A DNA stretch of 64,000 nt from an uncultured Candidatus Saccharibacteria bacterium (GTDB lineage Bacteria > Patescibacteriota > WWE3 > CAZQFB01): positions 147,454-211,453 of the forward strand of contig CAZQFB010000001.1 of assembly GCA_964592525.1 (NCBI GenBank), given 5' to 3'. Below, piece by piece: positions 48,062 through 58,413 of this stretch. How positions within the stretch are numbered: the first letter of the stretch is position 1; the number at the start of each line of letters is the position of its first letter. The position numbers were made by a program, and so were the translations under genes. The notes below the pieces were generated by a model. That model was given only the letters and a program-made list of their open reading frames with translations. It was not told the origin of the DNA and made no database searches.

Positions 48062-48623
48062 CGGTTTTGAGGAACTCTGTAAGCATGTGGTCTATAATCA
48101 TATGCATATCCTCCACAATCCCATAACTTGAGCTGTTAATGAGGATGTGATGATCCGCAAGATGTATTGCTTTTCCGCCAGCAAAACCTAAGAGAGCAAA
48201 ACTTTTTATCTGCTTTTGTTTAGCTACTTTTAGTAGCTTGATGATGTTTTTAGAGTTACCACTTCCCGTGATGACAATAAGAAGATCTTGGGGGTCCGAC
48301 ATCACCCGAAAGGGTTCTGCGAAGATATCATCATAAGATGAATCATTAGCCCACGCCGTGAGAAGAGCGGAGTTGTCAGTTAAGCTTATTGCCCTGATGG
48401 CCCTGTCTTTATTGACCTTGGGGTTTGGTTCTAGAGTAGTTTTTTGAAGATCAGTAACCATATGGGAAGCTGTGGCAGCACTTCCCCCATTGCCTGCAAT
48501 AAACACTGTTCCCCCAGCATTTCGGCAAGCAATTATTAGTGATGCCAAGTGTTTTAGTTTCTTGATTTCTAGATAGTCAATTTCTTTCTTGAGCTCTTGT
48601 TTGTATTTAGCTAACTGTTTCAT
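48051..48623 (-). CDS. gmhA: Sedoheptulose-7-phosphate isomerase
   Basis: GNGGSAA.ASH, TAWAND, SGNS.N, ED.H. Confidence 0.92.
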   Translation of the reverse strand: MKQLAKYKQELKKEIDYLEIKKLKHLASLIIACRNAGGTVFIAGNGGSAATASHMVTDLQKTTLEPNPKVNKDRAIRAISLTDNSALLTAWANDSSYDDIFAEPFRVMSDPQDLLIVITGSGNSKNIIKLLKVAKQKQIKSFALLGFAGGKAIHLADHHILINSSSYGIVEDMHMIIDHMLTEFLKTDAH

Positions 48624-49609
48624 AGACGTTCTTCAATAAAGATAATCTTACTGCCATCAGACTCAAAGTTATATTTGATCGGTGTTAATTCCTTGAGTTC
48701 TTCTTCAATCTGCTTATGCTTGTACCGTGGTGCATAAAGCATTAGGAAACCACCACCACCGGCTCCTAAAATTTTACCACCTAAAGCGCCTTTCTTTTTA
48801 GCCCTTTCGTACCAATCATCAATCTGGGGATTACTAATACCTCCGGCCAATTGTTTTTTCAATTGCCAATTAATATCCAATAATTGACCAAAGGTTTTCA
48901 ATGTTCCTTCTTCTAATACTAGGCGCATTTCTTCAGCTAACTGAACCATCTGTCGCAAAATTATTTTTTTGGCTCTGTCTTGTAGTGTGTTGTTTTTTTG
49001 CTCTTTTAATATTGAAGCAGAATTACGAGTGATACCTGTATAAAGGAGCAACAAATTTTCCTGCAGTCGGTTGATAGTGGGACCGGTACAAATTATGGGT
49101 TCAACAGTAACTGAATCGTCTGGATTGAAACGGATATAATTGAGGCCTCCATAAGCGGCGGCATACTGATCTTGTTTACCAATCGGTTTTTTACATAACT
49201 CTATCTCTATGTTTGAAGCTTCTTTAGCAAGGTATTCAGGCGTGGATATTTTACCCTGGTAGGCACGGAGAGCATTAAGCAGACCTACAGTATAGGTGCT
49301 TGAAGAGCCTAAGCCAGTGCCAGTTGAGGGTATATCTGAAATAGAGGTTATTTCTATGCTTTTGCTAAGATCAAGTTTGTTTAAGGCTTCTCTAATGAGT
49401 TCGTGTTTTAGATTTTTAAGTGATGCTACTATTTCCGTAATTGAATAGGAAGCTCTAATTTGATCATCAAACTTTTTATTTACAGCAATGTAAATATATT
49501 TATTGATGGTAGTTGAAACCACAGCCCCATAACTATCTTTGTAGAATGCTTTCAGGTCACTCCCCCCGCCCACAAAACTTAATCTTAGAGGTGTTTTTGA
49601 GATTACCAC
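48620..49609 (-). CDS. hddA: GHMP sugar kinase, D-glycero-alpha-D-manno-heptose-7-phosphate kinase-like
   Basis: PLRLSF.GGGSD, GTGLGSSS, GKQDQY, GGKILGAGGGG. Confidence 0.85.
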   Translation of the reverse strand: MVISKTPLRLSFVGGGSDLKAFYKDSYGAVVSTTINKYIYIAVNKKFDDQIRASYSITEIVASLKNLKHELIREALNKLDLSKSIEITSISDIPSTGTGLGSSSTYTVGLLNALRAYQGKISTPEYLAKEASNIEIELCKKPIGKQDQYAAAYGGLNYIRFNPDDSVTVEPIICTGPTINRLQENLLLLYTGITRNSASILKEQKNNTLQDRAKKIILRQMVQLAEEMRLVLEEGTLKTFGQLLDINWQLKKQLAGGISNPQIDDWYERAKKKGALGGKILGAGGGGFLMLYAPRYKHKQIEEELKELTPIKYNFESDGSKIIFIEERL

Positions 49610-49712
49610 GTCATATTGTGCGTCTTAATGTGTTGTATCATACCCTGATAATTAGTTGTTTTCTAGTCTTTGTATTTTTAATGATTAGTTGTATAGTGAC
49701 TTTGATACCAAG

Positions 49713-50465
49713 ATGCTAAATGGAAAATATAACCGTGCGTGTGTAATTATTCCCACGTATAACGAAGTAGATAATATTGAACAACTTATTCATGATATTG
49801 CTGCTGTTGCTGTGGGTATTAATATAATTGTGGTTGATGACAATTCTCCCGATGGCACCAGTGCGGTTGTTTCATCACTTCAAAAGTGTTATCCCCATTT
49901 ATATTTAATCAGCCGGAGTGGAAAAGCTGGACGTGGCGGGGCGGTAATAGAAGGCATCAGAAGGGCAATGAATTTAAAGGCGGACTATATATTAGAGATG
50001 GATGCTGACTTTTCGCATGATCCAAAAGATATCATTAGATTTTTGGATATTATCCAAGATGGCTATGATGTGGTTGTAGGATCTAAACACCTTAGAAATA
50101 GTAAGATTGTTGGTTGGGACTGGAAAAGAAAATATTTGAGTCTGTGCGGCAACTTATTTGCCAGACTGATGCTTGGGGTTCCTCTTTGTGATTACACTAA
50201 TGGTTTTCGCTGTTATACCCGTAAGTCTTTAGAAGCAATTAATTTTGAGCAGGTTCATGCTACTGGTTATGTTGTTCTTTCGGAAATGATTTATCAATTA
50301 CATCATCTGGGTTATAGAATAAAAGAAGTCCCTATTGTCTTTGTTAATCGAAGACGCGGTTTGTCCAATCTGACTTTGGCTGAAGTGACTGGCGCTTTTA
50401 AAACCATTGTGGCTATAAAAAAGAAAGAGATTCTTACTCGATTTCATGAGATTTTTAAACATTAA
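49713..50465 (+). CDS. GT2 polyprenol monophosphomannose synthase-like
   Basis: IPTYNE, DDNSPDGT, MDADFSH. Confidence 0.9.
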   Translation: MLNGKYNRACVIIPTYNEVDNIEQLIHDIAAVAVGINIIVVDDNSPDGTSAVVSSLQKCYPHLYLISRSGKAGRGGAVIEGIRRAMNLKADYILEMDADFSHDPKDIIRFLDIIQDGYDVVVGSKHLRNSKIVGWDWKRKYLSLCGNLFARLMLGVPLCDYTNGFRCYTRKSLEAINFEQVHATGYVVLSEMIYQLHHLGYRIKEVPIVFVNRRRGLSNLTLAEVTGAFKTIVAIKKKEILTRFHEIFKH

Positions 50466-53400
50466 GATACTTTCTAAATACCTTGCCCCAGCTAAGGCTT
50501 TGGCAACTAAGTTTGTTCATTCAAGGTGGTTTATTTTTCTCACACTTTTTTTTCTAATCCTCATTTTTTATTGGTCTTTCACAGCGGGGGTAATGTATCC
50601 AGCCCAAGATGGTGCTTTGCCAATTAGTTATTATGCCCATTTATACACCGGTTATTTAAATTATGGGGAATATTTCCTAACCAACACCTTTTCGTATACA
50701 GAAGATTTAATCACTAGCTATGTTTTTATGGGTGCTTCTCCCTTTGACCCAGTTTTGAGAGTGTGGTTCTTTATCAGTCAGTTACTTAATCTGTCCGTAT
50801 TAACCTCCTTTTGGTGGTATCTCATTATTTACATTACGTTCGGTACTATTGCCGTATATATTCTAGGGGAGACGCTTCTTTTTAAAAATAAAAGTTCTTC
50901 TTTTTATTTAGCTGTTGTTTTCTCTATGTCAGGATATTTTGTCTCCAGCACTTCTATTCCCAGCTTTATTATTCCTTTTGCTTGGCTACCAGTAATTCTT
51001 TTATTATCCTTGTCTTGTTTTAAGTACCAGCGCTTGGGAGATTATTATTTGTTGTCTTTGGGGCTATCCATACTAATTACCACCTATATTACTTTGGGAA
51101 TTGGTATTAGCCTCTATTGTTTTCTTTTTATTCTTCCCTTTTTGTTAAATTACTGGCTTAACTACAAAAATAGAAGAGCGCTACTTTTTAAAAGGCTTGT
51201 GTTTTTTGGAGGGCTTTCGCTGTTTTTTAACTCGGTGATATTCCTGGTTTATATTAGATATCTAAATGGAAGTATTCGTTGGTTGCAGGATTTAAAATGT
51301 TTCTATGTGGGTATTCCCCCTCAAATATTAAGTTCCAATCGGTTTATTGATTGGCAATGGCTGTTTAATATTTTTATGCCCAGTGATTTGTTAGCTACTT
51401 GGAATGGGTATGGAAATGGTAGTCTGTGGATCAATAGTTTTTACTATCTAGGAATAGCCTCTTTTATTTTGGCCTGTTTGGGAATTGTGGTGTTAGGTAA
51501 CAGAAAAAGGTATCGTTTGTTTGCTACAGGTTTATTGATAGCAACAATGTTCGCCTTTTTCTACGCCCAAGGACATCCCTTACCGAGAATGATTCCTTTT
51601 TTTAATACCCTCACAAAGTATCCCCATTTTTCTAGACCACTTATTATTTTTAGTGCTCTATTGCTATCCGCTTTTGGGTTTAATGAGCTTTTTGTAGCCA
51701 AGAATAAAGTGATCAAAGACTTGAAAGTATTATCGCTAAAATATTTTCCAGCGTTGCTTATTTTGGCCGCACTGTTTCTACTCCTGGTTCATTTATCCGT
51801 TGGTGCTAAATCCAAACCAGACGAAATTGTGTACTCTCTTTCTTATATCTTTATTTTGGGTATCTTATACGTGGTAGCTATGGTATCTAAGCGTAAGAAG
51901 TTATTTTTATCTTTACTGCTTTTTGATTTATTCTTTTTTCTCTCATCCAGTATTCCTCTGGTTGATTACCCACATAAGAGAACACTTGCCAGTATTACGG
52001 CCGTGTTTCTAAATAGTGATCGGTCGTTTAAGATTCCTCAGCTTCAAGAATATTCTGTAACAAAACCATTTCCTGGTATGCATTTTGGAGCTAGTGCTGT
52101 CTATAGTAGGCAAAGTCATCTTCCCTCACCCGAAACTGGTTTTATGTTGCTTAGGCGAACGGCTTTAAGTAACAAAGAGATTAATGATACTTTTATAAGT
52201 GGTAAACAGCGTTTCAACGCCTTGTCTATGCTGGGGGTTTCTAAGACAAGGTATTTTGTTGCACCTGCTGCTCTTATGGTAGATCAATACGAGGATCTTT
52301 ATCCAAAACTTAGTCTTCTTTATGAAGAATTAGACCGCGAAAAGCCTTGGCAAGGGGCGGAACCAGTTGTTGTTGTGGGTAATGACCATCCTTTGCTGGC
52401 AAAGGTGTCGGGTGAGTATGGGCTAAGCGATACAAAGGTAACAATTCATACTGATTATGAGGAATATTTATCTTCATTTTCTAGAGATAACCAGCGCACT
52501 CAAGTTACTTTAGAAAAAGAATACTTGGTGGATGTGGGTCGGGGTGTTTATAAGTTTACAGGGGAACTTCCTGTGGCGCAGGAAATTGTGACTGAAGGTA
52601 TTTCCGCTGAGCGCTTATGCCTTTTAGTTGAGGATGCTGGTGGTAATTACTATTATCCCTTAAGTGGGGATATCTTTAATTTTGATGAGTCGCCTCCAGA
52701 GGGGGAGCCCGCCAATAAAAAGTATATGGTACCTAATAATTATTTTTACGCTTCTTACTTAGAGACTGACGGAGAAGCATCTTTTTTTATCAGAAGACCA
52801 ACCAACCAACCTGGTCTGGATTTAGAAGACTTAATCTTGTTTATCAAAGATCCCTGTTATAGTCCATTTACTGGTAGTGACGACTTAAGAGAGGAAAAAG
52901 TGGTTATTCCTTCAAGTGATTTTGTTTTTGAAAAAGATTTTAAGAACACTGTACTCGCCTATTATACTGGGGTATTGACGAATACAGAGTTACCTTCTTA
53001 TTTTGGCAAAAGTTTTAATAGGGTAACAGTAACTGATTTAGAGGGAAGAAAAATTGATTGGTTTGAAGAGCATAGTAATCAGGAAGCCAGTTTTGAACTA
53101 GAAGACCAGGTTTTGAGAATCCTCTTAGATTATTACGCAAATCCGGTTATTGCGAGTCCTATTCAGGTAAATTTTAGTGTTATTGACAAAAAACCCTATC
53201 CACCGGAAATAGAAATTGTTAATGAAACGCCGGATCAAGTATTACTCAAAGTACGTTCTGAAGAACCATCAATAGTTGTTGCCCGTCGGGTGTTTGAACC
53301 TGATTGGAAAGTTTTTGTTGATGGTGAAAAAGAGAAGGTCTTTTCTGTAAATGGGTTGTATCTTGGTGTAGAAATGCCTGCGGGTGATCATGAAATCAAG

Positions 53401-53520
53401 TTTGAGTATAAGCCTTTTTGGTTGGGGTTTATGAAAGAGTTAGTGCCAGTGTACGCTATTGTGATTCCCGTGTTAATTCTTATACTTCGCGGTAGAAGCC
53501 ACCGCGAGCAGGATTCTTGA
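50446..53520 (+). CDS. YfhO-family membrane protein
   Basis: Many TMs; C-terminal P.W...VDG......VN....GV..PAG.H.I.F.Y.P. Confidence 0.8.
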   Translation: MRFLNIKILSKYLAPAKALATKFVHSRWFIFLTLFFLILIFYWSFTAGVMYPAQDGALPISYYAHLYTGYLNYGEYFLTNTFSYTEDLITSYVFMGASPFDPVLRVWFFISQLLNLSVLTSFWWYLIIYITFGTIAVYILGETLLFKNKSSSFYLAVVFSMSGYFVSSTSIPSFIIPFAWLPVILLLSLSCFKYQRLGDYYLLSLGLSILITTYITLGIGISLYCFLFILPFLLNYWLNYKNRRALLFKRLVFFGGLSLFFNSVIFLVYIRYLNGSIRWLQDLKCFYVGIPPQILSSNRFIDWQWLFNIFMPSDLLATWNGYGNGSLWINSFYYLGIASFILACLGIVVLGNRKRYRLFATGLLIATMFAFFYAQGHPLPRMIPFFNTLTKYPHFSRPLIIFSALLLSAFGFNELFVAKNKVIKDLKVLSLKYFPALLILAALFLLLVHLSVGAKSKPDEIVYSLSYIFILGILYVVAMVSKRKKLFLSLLLFDLFFFLSSSIPLVDYPHKRTLASITAVFLNSDRSFKIPQLQEYSVTKPFPGMHFGASAVYSRQSHLPSPETGFMLLRRTALSNKEINDTFISGKQRFNALSMLGVSKTRYFVAPAALMVDQYEDLYPKLSLLYEELDREKPWQGAEPVVVVGNDHPLLAKVSGEYGLSDTKVTIHTDYEEYLSSFSRDNQRTQVTLEKEYLVDVGRGVYKFTGELPVAQEIVTEGISAERLCLLVEDAGGNYYYPLSGDIFNFDESPPEGEPANKKYMVPNNYFYASYLETDGEASFFIRRPTNQPGLDLEDLILFIKDPCYSPFTGSDDLREEKVVIPSSDFVFEKDFKNTVLAYYTGVLTNTELPSYFGKSFNRVTVTDLEGRKIDWFEEHSNQEASFELEDQVLRILLDYYANPVIASPIQVNFSVIDKKPYPPEIEIVNETPDQVLLKVRSEEPSIVVARRVFEPDWKVFVDGEKEKVFSVNGLYLGVEMPAGDHEIKFEYKPFWLGFMKELVPVYAIVIPVLILILRGRSHREQDS

Positions 53521-53576
53521 TTCAACTCTCCTCATCTGTAATAGGATGGATACAAAGTAATCACCACTAATAATAT

Positions 53577-55742
53577 TTATGCCTTTGGTAGAATTTGGTT
53601 GCTCCTCTCAAGTTTAAGAACGCTCATTATTATAAGGGTAAACAAACTAAGGGCTAATAAAAAGCAGAGCCACACAATGTCTGATTTATGATTAAATTCA
53701 ATGAATATTCCCGAGAGAAAATAAAGCTCCAAGGACATGAAAAAAAAGTAACTAAATAATAGAAATAACTTAACTTTTGTTGACTTTGCGGTCATCTCTC
53801 TAACGATTATTCCTAGTATTAAAGGGATGATAAGGGGATAAATAGCAGAAAAGATGCCATAAGAAGTACCTGAATATACAAGTAAAAACAAGGCAAGGGG
53901 TGTGAGTATAAACCATAGTGCTTGTCTGTATTTAACATTGCTAATTACGTTTTTGGTTTTAAGAATGAAGAATATGGCTAATACGGGAGTAATTGCAAAG
54001 ACTAGTGATCTACTTAGTAAATTTCTAAAGTAAGCAAGGGATGTAAAATTTTCATGATAAGTGAGAGTGTAATCGGGAAGGAAAAGGTTTATCAAATTGA
54101 ATATTTTATCTGCAATAAATTGTTTTGGAATATTACTAAGACTTTGGGCATAGATATTGCTTGATAAGGATCCGCTAACTAAGTAATTGTTAGAGAAGGT
54201 AGTCCAAAGAATAAAGGTAATAATAGAAGGTGAGAAACTTATTATATACCCATAAATTATATTATTGATTCCCTTTAATCTAGATAAGTAGTAAATGCCC
54301 ACAGAAGCAATAATTATCATTGCCAAGGGGTGAATGAATAGAGACATAGCAAGGAGTAACCCGATAATGTAAAACGGAATATGTGGTCTCTTTAGAATAG
54401 CTAACGCTAGGATTGCTGGATAAAAAGCTATATATTTTAAGTGGACTTCAGTTGAAAAAGCCATAAATAGAAAAGGTACATTCATAAGCATTAATAGGCT
54501 CACTTTTTTGGCGGTGTTTGTATTAAGGTACCTTTTAATCAAAATGTAAACGGAACAAAAATATAATGATACCAATACATTAGTGAAACGTTGGTAAATA
54601 AAATGACTTTCACCAAACATTTTAAGTATAGGTGCGGTAATCAGGGCTAACATTGGTGTGCGGTCAAAAATTGAAGCTTTTTCGTGACCCAAAAGGTAAT
54701 ATTCAGTTTCTTCAGAATCTAATTCAACCCGATTTAAAATGATTCTCGCAATGCCCCAACTGCGTGTATTATCAATATGGTAACCGTAGTAACCACCACC
54801 CCTACAATCCGGTGGATATTTTTGCTCAACTAAATACTGTTCAATATATGGTAAATTGACAAGAAAATCTCGTTGAGCTTGTACCACTGTTGATACCAAG
54901 GTGGCTATAATAGTGATGAATAAAATAAACTTTAACTCCCCCAGATTTTTATAAAGCCTATCTTTTAAGAAAGCATATCCTGCTAATATGAACAGTAAGA
55001 AAGGGATATAGAGCGCCAACTCAATACCTAGAAAATAATAGACCATCGCTGAAACGGCAAGGATAGATAAGAATATTACCGGACCGAAAGCCAACTTATT
55101 CTCTGGACTGATGTTTCTTCTTCTATATTGTTGCATGAGTTGTGCTAGACCGTAACCCGAGACATAGACTAAAATGTAGAATATTGCGGAGTAAATGATG
55201 TAAAAAGGGAAAGACTCATTATGTCTGCTCACATAGTCTTTCATCGCAAAGAGGAAGTTTACTTGTTTTCTCTCTAGTAAGTTAAAGTTTTTGATCGCTA
55301 CGGCATTATCAAAAGCAGCTTTATGTAAGATAATTTCTATTTTTTTTGTTTCAAGTTCTTCCTGTAAGGTTTTACGGAATGATGATTTTCGATTACCTCT
55401 AACTACTTCTATGTAAGATGACCCAAACTCGGTTTCTGCTATAACATCAAAATCTTCAGCTAAATATGAAGAGGTATTATGAAAGTTGCCTGGGAAGTAA
55501 AACTCTACCCCAGAAATATTAAGTGGTTTGCTCAAAAGTATTTCTATTTTTTGGGGGGTGCTTCTCGTTATGTTTGTTACGACTAAAGCATTTGGTTCTG
55601 TAAGATTGCTAAATATTTCTTTAGGTTCGGAAAAGAGTTTAGTTGCTTCACTAGATAGCTGGTAGATGGTTGTTTGACCAAATAATAATGTCAAAAAAAT
55701 AAGTGTAGCTAAGATAAGGGCGAAGTAATATTTTCTAATCAT
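53577..55742 (-). CDS. Multi-TM GT-C-like membrane protein with N-terminal beta domain
   Basis: About 13 TMs; DRTP and HP motifs. Confidence 0.6.
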   Translation of the reverse strand: MIRKYYFALILATLIFLTLLFGQTTIYQLSSEATKLFSEPKEIFSNLTEPNALVVTNITRSTPQKIEILLSKPLNISGVEFYFPGNFHNTSSYLAEDFDVIAETEFGSSYIEVVRGNRKSSFRKTLQEELETKKIEIILHKAAFDNAVAIKNFNLLERKQVNFLFAMKDYVSRHNESFPFYIIYSAIFYILVYVSGYGLAQLMQQYRRRNISPENKLAFGPVIFLSILAVSAMVYYFLGIELALYIPFLLFILAGYAFLKDRLYKNLGELKFILFITIIATLVSTVVQAQRDFLVNLPYIEQYLVEQKYPPDCRGGGYYGYHIDNTRSWGIARIILNRVELDSEETEYYLLGHEKASIFDRTPMLALITAPILKMFGESHFIYQRFTNVLVSLYFCSVYILIKRYLNTNTAKKVSLLMLMNVPFLFMAFSTEVHLKYIAFYPAILALAILKRPHIPFYIIGLLLAMSLFIHPLAMIIIASVGIYYLSRLKGINNIIYGYIISFSPSIITFILWTTFSNNYLVSGSLSSNIYAQSLSNIPKQFIADKIFNLINLFLPDYTLTYHENFTSLAYFRNLLSRSLVFAITPVLAIFFILKTKNVISNVKYRQALWFILTPLALFLLVYSGTSYGIFSAIYPLIIPLILGIIVREMTAKSTKVKLFLLFSYFFFMSLELYFLSGIFIEFNHKSDIVWLCFLLALSLFTLIIMSVLKLERSNQILPKA

Positions 55743-56680
55743 AATTTTATCCCAATTACCTTGTGCATCGGATTTAGAAAACCCACCTCATTGATTATGC
55801 GAGAGAATAGTGGTTTCAATTTTTTTGGTATATATTCCAGAACTAGTGGTACTTCGTATTTGTCTACTATTACTTTTCTGAACCCTGCTTGGCTATGAAT
55901 ATTCGCTATTGTGCTTGCAAGGAAAGACATTTCGTAACCATAGCGCATATGCTTAGCCTTGAGTACTTTGATATGAATAAATTCAAAGATCTCCTTTATT
56001 ATACTTACATTTGGCACATTCCCCCACAATTGTCTATAGGTGAGACTGCCAAGATTTAGAGCTGGCACAGTATTAAAAGAGATTCCACCTGGTCGCAATA
56101 ATCTATAAATTTCATTGACACTTTCTCTTGTGTTTTTAAAGTGTTCAATTACCCCTCCACCGAAAATGATATCTACAGAGTTATTTTTGAGAGGAATATG
56201 TCGTATATCCTCCAAAATCAAAATGTAATTCTTGATCTTTTTTTCATTAAGCAACTGCTCTGCTGTTTTTATGGCTTCTAAAGAATAATCTACACCAATA
56301 ACCAGTTGACATTCAGGTGCTATTTTTTGCCCAAAGAACATCTCGCCACACCCTAGTTCTAAGAAAATACTGTCTTTAACCTCTCTTGCTTGTTCGATTT
56401 GTTTTCTTAAAAGAACATACTCGTTTGCATAATAATTATTCTTGGATAGGGAAAGGCTTTTTGAATTTTTTTTGTAGTAGTTATCCCATGATTTTCTGTT
56501 TATTAAGTCCTGGTTTGGTAGGTTGAGCTTTTTATTAATCAGACAATTTCCCTCAATCAAATACTCGTTATGGCAGCTTGGGCAATAATAGTTGTCTTTT
56601 CCCAGAACTAATGCTTTGGCGCAAATTGAGCAAAATAAATTGTTTATTAAAAAATTTTGTACTAACCGAGAAGTGCTCAT
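55739..56680 (-). CDS. SAM-dependent methyltransferase with N-terminal Zn ribbon (paralog of 45316-46272)
   Basis: FLELGCG, GGGVIEHFK, NTVP.LN.G.L.YR.LWG..PN, HM..GYE shared with the paralog. Confidence 0.88.
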   Translation of the reverse strand: MSTSRLVQNFLINNLFCSICAKALVLGKDNYYCPSCHNEYLIEGNCLINKKLNLPNQDLINRKSWDNYYKKNSKSLSLSKNNYYANEYVLLRKQIEQAREVKDSIFLELGCGEMFFGQKIAPECQLVIGVDYSLEAIKTAEQLLNEKKIKNYILILEDIRHIPLKNNSVDIIFGGGVIEHFKNTRESVNEIYRLLRPGGISFNTVPALNLGSLTYRQLWGNVPNVSIIKEIFEFIHIKVLKAKHMRYGYEMSFLASTIANIHSQAGFRKVIVDKYEVPLVLEYIPKKLKPLFSRIINEVGFLNPMHKVIGIKL

Positions 56681-57837
56681 AGGTAATGAAATGTTTCTAT
56701 AAGCGCCTTATTAAATACCTTTTCCCAACTATATTCAGAAATCATCATAACCGCATTCTTTGAATATTCCTTAGTTAAATATATATCTTTTAAGAGGTTT
56801 TCAATTGCTTCAGCGAATTCAGCAACTTTGTATTTAGCTACAATACCTGCTTTATTTATTTTAATTTCTTCTGCAATTGAAGGTACGGGAGTAATTATTA
56901 CTGGTAAGCCACAAGCTAAATAGACCTTAACCTTACCCACATCGGAGTAATTACTATAACTATCTGGATCTGGTACGTAGGGTGCTACGGCAATAAAGCT
57001 ACGTGAAATCCTATTTTCAAGCTCGCTGTGTTTGTTAATGAAACCCGTGAATTCAACCCGATCCTCTATTGATAGGCTTTTCGCCAGGCTTATTAACTGC
57101 TCTTTGAGTTCTCCTCGTCCAATTATTATTAACTTACTTTGCGGAAAGTGTTTGTTGACCTGTGAAAAAGCTTTAATGAGTAGGGGGATTCCTTTACCTT
57201 TAACTAAATTTCCCATAAACACGATCTCCCATCTGTTTCTTTCTTCCACCGGAAGCCTTTTTATTTGATTGAAATGACAGCCATCCGGTACTGTTATCTG
57301 TTTAGCTGTTTTTTGGGGATCAACACCTCTTATTGAGCGCATTTTAGCCATTATAGAGGCACTGTTCCAGATTAGATTGCAATGATAACAGCAAAATTTG
57401 TCTAGTTGGTGATAGATATAGTTTAACAGCCTATTGTTAAATCTGTTTGGTGTATAGTCTACAGTCATGTAAATAACCTGTTTTACATAACCCAGGCGTT
57501 TAAGTAATAGTGCACTAAAAGTATTCAAATTATCCGCTGATATACAGTAATCATACTTTAAGCCTAATTTGATAACTAAATATACGGTAGCTAAAACATC
57601 TTTTAGGTAATAGATTAAGTCTGGTCCCTTAATGGTTATTATTGATTTCTTTGTTTTCAGTACCCCTTTTTCGTAGTGATGCAAGGTAGTATTTTTCTCT
57701 TCGGCATATGAGAAGGGGTGATTAATAAACACAGTGTGATAGGTTTTATCCTTTAGGAAATTAACTAGTTCATAGGCAGGTCCTGCGGGTATTGGCGCAT
57801 GATTTATAACCAGAAAATTTTTATTGGTTAGATTCAT
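56677..57837 (-). CDS. GT4 glycosyltransferase
   Basis: G.L...KG, K...YLACGLPVI. Confidence 0.88.
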   Translation of the reverse strand: MNLTNKNFLVINHAPIPAGPAYELVNFLKDKTYHTVFINHPFSYAEEKNTTLHHYEKGVLKTKKSIITIKGPDLIYYLKDVLATVYLVIKLGLKYDYCISADNLNTFSALLLKRLGYVKQVIYMTVDYTPNRFNNRLLNYIYHQLDKFCCYHCNLIWNSASIMAKMRSIRGVDPQKTAKQITVPDGCHFNQIKRLPVEERNRWEIVFMGNLVKGKGIPLLIKAFSQVNKHFPQSKLIIIGRGELKEQLISLAKSLSIEDRVEFTGFINKHSELENRISRSFIAVAPYVPDPDSYSNYSDVGKVKVYLACGLPVIITPVPSIAEEIKINKAGIVAKYKVAEFAEAIENLLKDIYLTKEYSKNAVMMISEYSWEKVFNKALIETFHYL

Positions 57838-57840
57838 TAA

Positions 57841-58413
57841 CTAATTAAGTATTTTAACTATTTTAGCGGGATTACCTGCAGCAATGGTGTTAGATGGTAC
57901 ATGGTGTGTGACTACGGCTCCTCCGGCAATAATTGAACCATTACCGATAGAAACACCCTTAAATATCATTGCGCGCCGCCCAATCCACACATCATTGCCA
58001 ATAGTTATTTTTTTACTCAAGAGCTCTAATTGTATAGATTCTTTAAGTTCTCTTCTACGCTTTTTATAGTTTAGGGAGTGGTTATTATGATCCTCAATGT
58101 AAACGTCAGAAGCAATATTACAATAATCTCCGATTTTGATTTTATCAGCAGCTCTTATAATTGTTCTAGGATGAATGATTGTGTTCTGACCGACATCAAT
58201 TTTACCTTTTCCATGAGTTATTAGCCATCCTTTGATTTGAGTGTTTTTGCCAATAGTAATGCGACTTTTTTCCCCCGTTTCGTTTATCACCCCACCCCCC
58301 AGAAAGAACCTTACACCCTCACCATACCTGCATTTATTTCTTGCCAGCGTGTATTTAACTAAAGTACCGCCAATATTAAAACAGAGAAAATGAAATATTT
58401 TATAAGGATTCAT
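57841..58413 (-). CDS. Hexapeptide-repeat acyltransferase
   Basis: IG.DVWIG...GV.IG.G.II....VV...VP......GNPA. Confidence 0.9.
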   Translation of the reverse strand: MNPYKIFHFLCFNIGGTLVKYTLARNKCRYGEGVRFFLGGGVINETGEKSRITIGKNTQIKGWLITHGKGKIDVGQNTIIHPRTIIRAADKIKIGDYCNIASDVYIEDHNNHSLNYKKRRRELKESIQLELLSKKITIGNDVWIGRRAMIFKGVSIGNGSIIAGGAVVTHHVPSNTIAAGNPAKIVKILN

